From: Candidatus Saccharimonadia bacterium
GTDB lineage: Bacteria > Patescibacteriota > Saccharimonadia > Saccharimonadales > CALFBO01
Reading direction: 5' to 3'
NCBI GenBank assembly: GCA_937951635.1
Contig: CALFBO010000023.1
Location: 1-39,702, forward strand
DNA: 39,702 nt
In this document: positions 10,166-18,075 of the stretch, one piece after another
Position numbering within the stretch: position 1 is the first letter of the stretch
Layout of the letters: the number at the start of each line of letters is the position of its first letter
Notes under the pieces: generated by a model
What the model was told of the DNA's origin: nothing
The model's database searches: none
Seen by the model: the letters and a program-made list of their open reading frames with translations, nothing else
Program-made: the position numbers and the translations under genes

Positions 10166-11392
10166 TTATTCACCGTGTTCGTCAATTGCGGTAATTAAAG
10201 ATTCCTCAAGTTCACTTTTGCGCTTAGGTCTGTCGTCGGCTGATTCGACTTTTGGCTGATCAGGCTTAACATCGGTAGCAGGCTCATCACTTTTTGGCTC
10301 TTCTTCGGTCTCAGCTTCACCTTCGTCATTCTTTACGGACGCGGAAGACTTGCCTTTATATTCTTCAATATCTAACTCTAAGCCAACTAATTTCGAGGCT
10401 AAACGTACGTTCTGGCCACCTTTGCCAATAGCGACAGAAAGCTGATCTTCGTTAACCCAAACTACGGCCCTCTCTTTTTTGTCGTCGATATCAATCTTTG
10501 CAACTTCAGTAGGTGAAAGGGCGTTAGCGATGAAGTTCGCTTTGTCTTCGTCGTATGTAACGATGTCGATCTTTTCATAGTCGCCAATTTCACCCATGAC
10601 GGCCTGGACTCGGGTTCCGTGGCCACCTACGAATGTTCCTACTGGGTCAACCCCAGGAACCGACGATGCAACTGCAAGCTTTGTTCGCACTCCAGCTTCG
10701 CGAGCAATTGCCTTAATCTCTACTGCACCATTTTCCATCTCTGGAACTTCATTTTTGAACAAGAATGATATGAACTGTGGCACTGCCCTAGAAAGAATTA
10801 GCTGCGGCCCACGCGAAGTGGCTTCTACGTCTTTTAAATACACTTTAATCCTGTTGCCAGATGAATAGTGCTCTCCGGCAATCTGCTCAGAATGCGGCAA
10901 TATGCCGTTTGCCTTGCCGAGGTCAACTCTAACTAGCCTGCTTTCAACGCGCTGAACTACGCCATTCAATACTTCGCCAATCTTATCCTGATATTCTGCT
11001 AGAATTATTTCTTTTTCGGCTTCACGCAATTTTTGGATCATGACCTGCTTGGCTGTTTGGGCGGCCACTCTACCAAATGTTTCTGGTTTGGATAATATCT
11101 CCACGAACTCCTCAAGCTTTGCGTTCTTTCTAATAGCCTGAGCTTCAGTGAGACTAATTTCAAATGTCGGGTCTTCGACTTTATCAACAACCAACTTACC
11201 AACAAAGACTGTAACGTCTCCGGTTTGGAAATTAATTTCACTTCGCACCTCTTGTTCCCTATCACCAAAATCCTTGCGAAAAGCAGCCGCAATAGCCTGC
11301 TCGACAATGTCTTGAACCATAGACTCATCTAGATTTTTTTCCTCGGCTATCTGTTTGATGGCCATCACTAGTTGTTTGGTTTGTAGTTCCAT
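10166..11392 (-). CDS. nusA: Transcription termination/antitermination factor NusA (S1 + 2 KH) with an acidic C-terminal tail
   Basis: The ORF runs to a TTG at 11416, but ATG 11392 (MELQTKQL) is preceded by TAAGGA 6-7 nt upstream. It has the NusA N-domain, an S1 domain (GEVLNGVVQRV) and KH motifs (IGKGGQNVRLAS). The last ~60 aa are acidic and low-complexity. Confidence 0.9.
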   Translation of the reverse strand: MELQTKQLVMAIKQIAEEKNLDESMVQDIVEQAIAAAFRKDFGDREQEVRSEINFQTGDVTVFVGKLVVDKVEDPTFEISLTEAQAIRKNAKLEEFVEILSKPETFGRVAAQTAKQVMIQKLREAEKEIILAEYQDKIGEVLNGVVQRVESRLVRVDLGKANGILPHSEQIAGEHYSSGNRIKVYLKDVEATSRGPQLILSRAVPQFISFLFKNEVPEMENGAVEIKAIAREAGVRTKLAVASSVPGVDPVGTFVGGHGTRVQAVMGEIGDYEKIDIVTYDEDKANFIANALSPTEVAKIDIDDKKERAVVWVNEDQLSVAIGKGGQNVRLASKLVGLELDIEEYKGKSSASVKNDEGEAETEEEPKSDEPATDVKPDQPKVESADDRPKRKSELEESLITAIDEHGE

Positions 11393-11607
11393 AGTAGTCC
11401 TTACTTTAATTATCAATACTTAACATGAAAATTCGATATAAAAAATGCCGACCCAAAGGCCGACTGATTTGAGTATTTGTAGTAGCTTTTACTAAAGAAG
11501 CTGTATGTTGCAAATATCAAACTAAATATACCAGGCTTGCCCCTGGATTGTCAATCCAGTATGACCAATCAATTTACGAAACCATCTTCGCTCATACAAG
11601 ACAAGTC

Positions 11608-11630
11608 GCTAGTTTGTCTGGGGTCATACA
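11608..11630 (+). repeat. Degenerate copy of the dispersed TAGTTT(T)GT..TGGGGT..ATA motif
   Basis: GCTAGTTTGTCTGGGGTCATACA aligns, with 3 gaps, to the arm of the palindromic element at 16021-16044. It lies in the nusA/pepN divergent gap and points towards pepN. Confidence 0.3.
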
Positions 11631-11715
11631 TGTGCATATGGAAGAGTTTGGTGGCTCGAGTCGTGCGGTAGCTATTTAGTGCCGGCAAAGACAGGCTAAA
11701 GTTACAAATATTGCA

Positions 11716-11724
11716 TGCTACAAT
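11716..11724 (+). promoter_or_regulatory. Candidate extended -10 promoter (TGCTACAAT) for pepN
   Basis: TGnTAnAAT 85 nt upstream of ATG 11809. It has the same GCATGCTAnAAT context as the site at 1486-1496. Confidence 0.4.
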
Positions 11725-11808
11725 TTACAAGTCGTTGATAGCTCTACACTAAAATCTCAACTGCTGTCGTGTCCAAAATCAATAAATACATAAACAAAGC
11801 GAAGAAAT

Positions 11809-14325
11809 ATGCTGCACTTACTCAAAAAGCTTACTCCAAATTACTATAAACTATCCATCAAGCCCTCGACTGATATGAAAAGTTTCAAGGGTCGTGTTGA
11901 AATCAAGGCTAAGCTAAATCAAAAATCGACGACCGTGCAACTTCATTGCAAAGATTTGAAAATAACTTCGGCATCGCTGAATAACCAACCAGCAACCATA
12001 AAGTACTTGCAACATGAAGATATCCTAGAGCTAACTGCCGCAAAGCCAATGGCTGCAGACTCAAAACTAGATATAACCCTTGAATACAAAGGCGCAATAA
12101 ACAAACAGCTACATGGAATTTACCCATCGAAACATATAGATGAATCGGGGAAAGAAACAACCATACTGGCAACCCAATTTGAATCTCATCATGCCCGAGA
12201 GGCATTCCCTTGTATCGATGAGCCCGCAGCTAAATCGGTGTTCCAGCTTACTATAGAGGCGCCATCAGCCAAAACGGTGCTATCGAACACACCAATCAAT
12301 TCACTCCACAATAGTGATGAAGACAGAAAACTTGTAGAATTCGAACCAACGCCAATAATGAGCACCTACCTACTGGCGTTCGTGATCGGGGATATTGCTT
12401 GCTTAGAGTCGAAAACCGAGCGTGGCGTTATTGCTAAAACATGGGCAACGCCAGACAAAGTCACACAAACTGGATTTGCTTTAGAAATAGCCACCAAGTG
12501 CATAGACCTGTTTGAAGAGTATTTTAATATAGACTACCCGCTAGAAAAGTGCGACTTTGTTGCACTACCAGACTTCGTTACTGGGGCAATGGAAAACTGG
12601 GGCTGCATAACATTTCGTGAAAGCTCGATGCTCGTTGATGGAAACTCCTCGTTAAGAGCAAAGCAGTGGGTGGCTGAAACTGTTGCCCACGAAATAGCCC
12701 ACCAGTGGTTTGGCAACCTCGTGACCATGGAATGGTGGTCAGATCTTTGGCTAAATGAAGGTTTTGCAAGCTGGGTGGCAAATCTTGCAATAGAGCAGCT
12801 CTATCCGGAGTGGGGCATTTGGACAGATTTTGTCACCAATGATATTTTTAGCAGTCAGCGCCTAGACTCACTCGAGAACTCCCATCCCGTCCAAACCGAA
12901 ATCGATAATCCTGACGAAATACACGGCATGTTCGATGCAATTAGCTACCACAAAGGCAGCTCCCTTATTCGCATGCTACACCAATACATGGGGGAAGAGG
13001 ACTTCAAAAAAGGGCTAAGAGCATATCTAAAAAAGTTCGCTTATACAAATGCTACGACTTCAGACCTGTGGACTAGCCTAGAAGACGCAAGTGGCAAACC
13101 TGTGCGCAAATTCATGTCGAAATGGACGGAAACTACAGGATTTCCGGTGTTAGCAGTGAGCAGCTCTGGCAACAAAGTAACAATTTCGCAGTCAAAATTT
13201 AGTCTGGCCAAACATACTGTCGCACATGATCAAACCTGGCCAGTGCCGATATTTAGTAAAGGAATAGACGAACAATTACTTGATGAACCTAAAAAGATAT
13301 TCGAATCAACCTCGGCCGGACCAACTATCATAAACCGCGGGCGCTACGGCTACTACATGACTGCATACGACAGTGCAACCGTTAATGTACTTGCAAAACA
13401 GATCAGGGCTAATCAAATTCCAACTATTGAACGCTTGGGAATATTGCATGATGCAGCAGAGCTCAACAAAGCTCAAATGCAATCAATTGGCAATTTAATG
13501 AGTTTGATACAGTGCTTTTACGATGAAACAGAGCATATAGTTTGGTCAGAAATTGCAAATATCATATCTAGTATAGAAAAAGTATTCGGCACCGACGATG
13601 CCGCAACAACAAAAATCAAAAAACTGACTCGCGACCTAGTGAGATATCAGCCGCTCAAACTAGATTTTACATCGAACGAATCTGACGACCACAACCTGAA
13701 GCTACTTAAGCCGATACTCTTGGGACTAGCTTGTTGGGCAGACGACAAAAAGCTTGTCGAAACAGCACTGGAGCTCTTTAAAAACGGCAATATACACCCC
13801 GATTTGCGCTCAACCGTATACAATACGGCAGCCAGATACGGTGACGAGAAGACATTTCAAAGGTTTCTTGATATGCATAGGTCTGCAACGTCATCTCAAG
13901 AGCAAACCAAACTTGCAAGCGCTCTAAGTTCATTCAAGCAGCCCGACCTCATTGATAGCTATCTAACAATTATGAAGTCAGATAATGTGCGACTACAAGA
14001 TGTTTTTTATTGGGTTGCTTTCATATTTGCCAATAGTCATGCAAAGGAATTTGCCTGGACCTGGCTGAAAGAAAATTGGGGCTGGTTAACCGAAAACTTT
14101 GCAGCCGACATATCGACGTATTCAAGATTGCCAAAGTTCGCGGCCAGTTCGTTTGCCACTAAAGAATTCATAGATGACTATACAGCCTTCTTTGGAGCAG
14201 AAAAATCCCGCGGCATAGAGCTTCAAGTGGCCCAGGGCAAAGAAACAGCAACCTGGCAGGCAGCTTGGCTCTCTTCCGATAAGGTGGCACTCAATAACTG
14301 GCTAGACTCAAATATCGCCCCATAA
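11809..14325 (+). CDS. pepN: M1-family aminopeptidase N
   Basis: 838 aa with the exopeptidase motif GAMENWG and the zinc motif HEIAHQWFGNLVTMEWWSDLWLNEGFA (HExxH-X18-E). The C-terminus is helical and ERAP1_C-like. Confidence 0.92.
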   Translation: MLHLLKKLTPNYYKLSIKPSTDMKSFKGRVEIKAKLNQKSTTVQLHCKDLKITSASLNNQPATIKYLQHEDILELTAAKPMAADSKLDITLEYKGAINKQLHGIYPSKHIDESGKETTILATQFESHHAREAFPCIDEPAAKSVFQLTIEAPSAKTVLSNTPINSLHNSDEDRKLVEFEPTPIMSTYLLAFVIGDIACLESKTERGVIAKTWATPDKVTQTGFALEIATKCIDLFEEYFNIDYPLEKCDFVALPDFVTGAMENWGCITFRESSMLVDGNSSLRAKQWVAETVAHEIAHQWFGNLVTMEWWSDLWLNEGFASWVANLAIEQLYPEWGIWTDFVTNDIFSSQRLDSLENSHPVQTEIDNPDEIHGMFDAISYHKGSSLIRMLHQYMGEEDFKKGLRAYLKKFAYTNATTSDLWTSLEDASGKPVRKFMSKWTETTGFPVLAVSSSGNKVTISQSKFSLAKHTVAHDQTWPVPIFSKGIDEQLLDEPKKIFESTSAGPTIINRGRYGYYMTAYDSATVNVLAKQIRANQIPTIERLGILHDAAELNKAQMQSIGNLMSLIQCFYDETEHIVWSEIANIISSIEKVFGTDDAATTKIKKLTRDLVRYQPLKLDFTSNESDDHNLKLLKPILLGLACWADDKKLVETALELFKNGNIHPDLRSTVYNTAARYGDEKTFQRFLDMHRSATSSQEQTKLASALSSFKQPDLIDSYLTIMKSDNVRLQDVFYWVAFIFANSHAKEFAWTWLKENWGWLTENFAADISTYSRLPKFAASSFATKEFIDDYTAFFGAEKSRGIELQVAQGKETATWQAAWLSSDKVALNNWLDSNIAP

Positions 14326-14395
14326 TGCAATCACTAACGCGCCACGCCCTCAAAAATAAACTCCTAAGAAGAAAGTACGTCTGAAGGAATCTACT

Positions 14396-14731
14396 CTAAA
14401 GAGGCAGCAACACCTCATCCAACTCCAGCTCTTCTCCTACAAACCCTATGCAGCCCAACTCAAGTGCACCCTCCCACCCTGTTTCAAATGACCACATCAA
14501 TGCAGCACGCTTCATTTGTTTGATCTTTCTACTATTCAAAGAATCAATAGCTCCCCCGGCCTGGTAACTTCGTCTAAACCTCACCTCTACGCAATAAACA
14601 ACATTTGACTTCTTACAAACAATATCGATCTCTGCCACCGAGGATATAGTCCAATTTTTGAAAAGTATCTTGTGTCCACGGCCAACCAAAAGTCTAGCCG
14701 CCTTTTCTTCTGCTATATCTGCTATTCTCAT
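14396..14731 (-). CDS. yraN: YraN-family (UPF0102) endonuclease-like protein
   Basis: The ORF extends to a TTG at 14749; ATG 14731 (MRIADIAEEKAARLLVGRGHKIL) fits the family N-terminus. The core motif is AEIDIVCK...VYCVEVRFRR. It lies immediately downstream of rnhB, a common arrangement. Confidence 0.8.
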   Translation of the reverse strand: MRIADIAEEKAARLLVGRGHKILFKNWTISSVAEIDIVCKKSNVVYCVEVRFRRSYQAGGAIDSLNSRKIKQMKRAALMWSFETGWEGALELGCIGFVGEELELDEVLLPL

Positions 14732-15293
14732 CGGACCGCTCCTTTGCAATTAAGGCGACTGGCTTAAATGATAGCCTGTGTTCACTGCATGGACCATGGG
14801 CCTCGAGAGCCATACGGTGCCGAGCTGTGCCGTATCCAACATGAGACTCAAAACCATAGGAAGGGTGCTTAAGTCCAGAGAGAGCCATATAGCTGTCTCT
14901 AGCCTGCTTGGCTATGATGCTTGCCGCCTGCACAGCTTCAATTTGTTGGTCTGCACGAACAATGGCCTTACTATTTATCTGCCCAGGCAGCCAGTTCACA
15001 TTGCCGTCAATAACTATACTGTCTTTAGTATTAGATATGTATGAAAATGCATATTCAGCAGCCAATATGAGAGACTTTGTTAGTCCTAGCCTGTCAACCA
15101 CCTCTGAAGAAACCCAGCCCAGTCCAATTTGCTTAGCGTGTAGTTTAATCTCAACAGAAAGTCTGGCGCGTTGCTTAAAGCTAGTTAATTTCGAATCCTG
15201 CAAGTCGGTAATGACGCCATTATCGAGCTGAACGCATGCTACCAGCAAAGGCCCAGCCCACGCTCCTCGACCAACCTCATCAAAGCCTATCAA
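14694..15293 (-). CDS. rnhB: Ribonuclease HII
   Basis: 199 aa with the catalytic GFDEVGRGAWAGPL motif at the extreme N-terminus, plus DSKLT. The start is TTG at 15293, and a stop 8 codons upstream leaves no alternative start. Confidence 0.88.
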   Translation of the reverse strand: MIGFDEVGRGAWAGPLLVACVQLDNGVITDLQDSKLTSFKQRARLSVEIKLHAKQIGLGWVSSEVVDRLGLTKSLILAAEYAFSYISNTKDSIVIDGNVNWLPGQINSKAIVRADQQIEAVQAASIIAKQARDSYMALSGLKHPSYGFESHVGYGTARHRMALEAHGPCSEHRLSFKPVALIAKERSDENSRYSRRKGG

Positions 15294-15332
15294 TTCGATT
15301 CCAGGACCGTAAGGCTAAATAAACTAGTGCTA

Positions 15333-15890
15333 CTACTTGCTAGAGTTTGCCTCAGTCTCTTTGGGCGTACTAGTATCTTTTGCGTCTTTGGTGTTGTTGT
15401 TTTTCGCAGTGGTGTCGTCGTGCTTTGAACTATCTTTTTCACTTGAGGCATTTTTTACTTTTTCTTCAACATCAGAAGGTTCAATTGGAGAAATATCTGT
15501 TTGGGACTTTGCAACGTCAACGTCATTAACAGCCTTGCTGTCGAACTCTACCCGGTCTAGCCTAGCCGATTTACCGCTGCGCTCACGCATGTAGTTTAGT
15601 CTATTTCGTCGAACTGATGATCGTTTGATAACTTCGATTTTGGTAATAAGTGGTGAGTGAAGTAAGAATGTTTTTTCTACACCTACGCCACTAGCAATTC
15701 GTCTTACCGTAATTGTGCTAGTTAAAGAATTTTTTCGACGCGTGCCAATAACGAGTCCTTCAAATATCTGTACTCGTTCTTTACTGCCTTCACTAATTTT
15801 TTGTGAAACTTTAACACTATCGCCTGATTGTACATTTACAACTTTTGGCTTTAAATATTGTGCTTCAAACTCTTGAACTGTTGATCTCAT
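15333..15890 (-). CDS. rplS: 50S ribosomal protein L19 with a ~70-aa charged C-terminal extension
   Basis: The first ~115 aa are L19 (GDSVKVSQKISEGSKERVQIFEGLVI, TVRRIASGVGVEKTF). They are followed by a D/E/K/S-rich tail to 185 aa. Confidence 0.93.
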   Translation of the reverse strand: MRSTVQEFEAQYLKPKVVNVQSGDSVKVSQKISEGSKERVQIFEGLVIGTRRKNSLTSTITVRRIASGVGVEKTFLLHSPLITKIEVIKRSSVRRNRLNYMRERSGKSARLDRVEFDSKAVNDVDVAKSQTDISPIEPSDVEEKVKNASSEKDSSKHDDTTAKNNNTKDAKDTSTPKETEANSSK

Positions 15891-15899
15891 AACTGGTAG

Positions 15900-15929
15900 A
15901 GATTACCACATCTGAGCCCAAGATGTCAA
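15900..15929 (-). promoter_or_regulatory. Sigma-70-type promoter for rplS: TTGACA-18 nt-TGgTAATCT
   Basis: The minus strand reads TTGACA (15929-15924), an 18-nt spacer ending in TGg, then TAATCT (15905-15900). Only 9 nt (CTACCAGTT) separate it from ATG 15890, and there is no Shine-Dalgarno. Confidence 0.55.
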
Positions 15930-15933
15930 AATT

Positions 15934-16044
15934 TATAAACCCCAATCACAAAACTAAATCTGAACAGATAAGCTTCGGGGTAAGTTACATGCGCCTACCT
16001 TGAAGACTTATATGACTGTGTTAGTTTTGTGATTGGGGTCTATA
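15934..16044. repeat. 111-bp near-perfect palindromic element (24-bp terminal inverted repeats with 1 mismatch); MITE/REP-like or long-hairpin RNA
   Basis: Left arm TATAAACCCCAATCACAAAACTAA (15934-15957) pairs with right arm TTAGTTTTGTGATTGGGGTCTATA (16021-16044). The interior also pairs (ATAAGCTTCGGGGTAAG with CCTACCTTGAAGACTTAT). It is homologous in reverse orientation to 21029-21168. Confidence 0.7.
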
Positions 16045-16099
16045 GGTCAAAGCCCACAACCTTACGAATCCAAGCCTTGTCCGGTGCGGCAAGCAGGCG

Positions 16100-17695
16100 T
16101 CAACCCACCACCCTTAGCACCTCACTGGCAGATGTTTCGCCAGCCACAGCCTTTAAAACTCCTTCCTGCGCCAATGTAGTAAGACCCTTGCTCCTAAGGT
16201 GCTGGTGAATAACTGATGAGTCAACCTTGGGCGTATTTTGCAACAACTCATGCAAATCTGAGTCTAGCTCCAACATCTCGATAATTGCTAGTTGGCCGCT
16301 GTAACCAAATGGCGAAGATTCATTGAGCCCTGCCGAGTAGAACTGAGTGTTGTTTAGATCGGGTCTAGGTATTGATTCCGGAAGAGAATCTATTTGATCT
16401 TGAAACCACGCTCTTGTCGATGAATCTAGCTCTATTTCTATCTTGCTATTAGGGTCTAGTTTCCTGAGCAATCGCTGGGCGATAACCAACCTGATCGCAG
16501 AGCCAAGCAAAGGATTATCACCTATTAACTGCGAAAACCTAGAAAGAGTTGCAGCCGTGTCAGAAGCATGGAATGTAGACAAAACTAGGTGGCCACTTAA
16601 GGCAGCCTGGAGGGCTGTTCTTGCAGAATCCATATCTCGAATTTCTCCAAGCATTATAATATCTGGATCCATCCTCAACACCGAAGACAGATTTTCGGCA
16701 AAACCAATGTGTTGCTGGGTGTTAACGGGAATTTGAACCAGACCATCCAAGTTGTATTCTATTGGATCTTCCAGGGTCACTATCTTTCGCCCGTCGTCAT
16801 TTAGCCTATTTAGCAGTGAGTAGAGTGTGGTGGTCTTGCCAGATCCAGTTGGGCCAACACTTAAGACCATGCCACTTGGTCGACGTATAATCGATTCTAT
16901 GGCTTGAGCGTGGGGTTTTGATAGTCCAAGCTTGTCCAATTTTAGCAAACCCTCCTCCATCTGAAACAGACGAATCACAACGTCCTGACCATACAGCGTC
17001 AAAATTGTTTCAAAGCGCATATTAACTGAGGCAACTGTCGAGCCAGAATCATTTTGAATATCATAGCGAGCATGACCAGTCTGAGGCACGGGAGAAGCAC
17101 TAGAAATATTGGCAATAACCGCAATTGAACCACTCAGTTGCCTGTACTTCTCTTTGCTAATTCTTGCGATTAGGTGCATAACCCCATCGACCCTAAATCT
17201 AACTCGCACACCATCATACTGAGATTCTAAATGTATGTCAGAAGCTTTAAGTCGATGTGCCTGTCGTGCCAAATAGTTAAAAATAGCATCCGAGGCCACG
17301 CTGTTTAATGTGTTGTTCACCTCATCAAAAACACCCGAATCACTATCGGCCGCAATATCAATGTCGGCGTACTCCACCTTCTTTGGTGGATCATACCGGG
17401 TAATAAAATCCTTGAATGTATCATCTGAAATCATAGCAAAGCTTACGCTTTGCCCGCTATACTTACGCTTAAGCGTCGAAAACAAGGGCTGGGGGGCCTG
17501 GAAAGTTACGCCAAACTTAATATTGTTTCCGTCCATAGCAACAACTACAACATGGTTATCAACCATTTGTTTGAGACTTAATACTTGAGGATACAACTGA
17601 ATTGTTTCTAACTTTGTACCATCCAAGTACTCCATGCCCAACATTTGGGCGTGCCGCTCTGTAGTTGACTCGTTTATTTGCCGTGTATCTTTCAT
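16100..17695 (-). CDS. pilB: Type IV pilus assembly / type II secretion ATPase (PilB/GspE family)
   Basis: 531 aa with a T2SSE_N-like N-terminus, Walker A (GPTGSGKTT), Asp box (LEDPIEY), Walker B (DPDIIMLGEIRD) and His box (GHLVLSTFHASD). Confidence 0.88.
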   Translation of the reverse strand: MKDTRQINESTTERHAQMLGMEYLDGTKLETIQLYPQVLSLKQMVDNHVVVVAMDGNNIKFGVTFQAPQPLFSTLKRKYSGQSVSFAMISDDTFKDFITRYDPPKKVEYADIDIAADSDSGVFDEVNNTLNSVASDAIFNYLARQAHRLKASDIHLESQYDGVRVRFRVDGVMHLIARISKEKYRQLSGSIAVIANISSASPVPQTGHARYDIQNDSGSTVASVNMRFETILTLYGQDVVIRLFQMEEGLLKLDKLGLSKPHAQAIESIIRRPSGMVLSVGPTGSGKTTTLYSLLNRLNDDGRKIVTLEDPIEYNLDGLVQIPVNTQQHIGFAENLSSVLRMDPDIIMLGEIRDMDSARTALQAALSGHLVLSTFHASDTAATLSRFSQLIGDNPLLGSAIRLVIAQRLLRKLDPNSKIEIELDSSTRAWFQDQIDSLPESIPRPDLNNTQFYSAGLNESSPFGYSGQLAIIEMLELDSDLHELLQNTPKVDSSVIHQHLRSKGLTTLAQEGVLKAVAGETSASEVLRVVG

Positions 17696-17878
17696 AGCCT
17701 AAACTCTTAGATTTTCATGTTACTGCTTAAGCTTATCACAGGACTTAGGCGCCATCTGGTATATTTCTGAAGCTATTGATGAAGTCGTTGGTTGCAATAA
17801 CCAAAGAAAAACACGCAAGGCAAGGGTCTTAAACACACTACAAGCAAAGACAAGGGGCCGGATGAGCCGACATATATA

Positions 17879-17906
17879 AGTATAGCCACCCCAAAATAAA
17901 GCTAGG
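17879..17906 (-). repeat. Copy of the dispersed motif, pointing towards pilB
   Basis: The minus strand reads CCTAGCTTTATTTTGGGGTGGCTATACT, about 185 nt upstream of the pilB ATG. Confidence 0.5.
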
Positions 17907-18020
17907 TTTTTGATCCAAGATTCCGGCAAAATAAAAGCCATGTTGTTCTAATAAGGCACATCTTGTAGGTGCATCGCAAGAGAAAGCCTTGTTTTTAGCC
18001 GTCAGAGCTTGTTTAAAAGA

Positions 18021-18048
18021 GTTGGTTTTGTTTTGGGGCGGTTATAGC
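18021..18048 (+). repeat. Copy of the dispersed motif, pointing towards the trmH-like gene
   Basis: GTTGGTTTTGTTTTGGGGCGGTTATAGC. It is divergent from the 17879-17906 copy in the same intergenic region. Confidence 0.5.
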
Positions 18049-18056
18049 TGCGCTCA

Positions 18057-18065
18057 TGGTAAGAT
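18057..18065 (+). promoter_or_regulatory. Candidate extended -10 promoter (TGGTAAGAT) for the methyltransferase gene
   Basis: TGnTAAGAT is followed by 10 nt (AGCCAACAAA) and ATG 18076. There is no Shine-Dalgarno. Confidence 0.45.
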
Positions 18066-18075
18066 AGCCAACAAA

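Noticed and set aside
11543-11559. tRNA-Asp-like anticodon arm (CTGGA-TTGTCAA-TCCAG, anticodon GUC)
   Set aside because: There is no flanking D arm, T arm (no GGTTCGA) or acceptor stem. It is an isolated hairpin only.
17720-17941. 73-aa minus-strand ORF upstream of pilB, and the 29-codon N-terminal extension of the 17989 ORF; both contain the peptide LFWGGY
   Set aside because: The shared LFWGGY is simply the translation of the two inverted copies of the TTTTGGGG(T/C)GG(C/T)TATA motif. The composition (W/C/F-rich) and the position across promoter elements argue that these are non-coding. The methyltransferase homology starts at ATG 18076.
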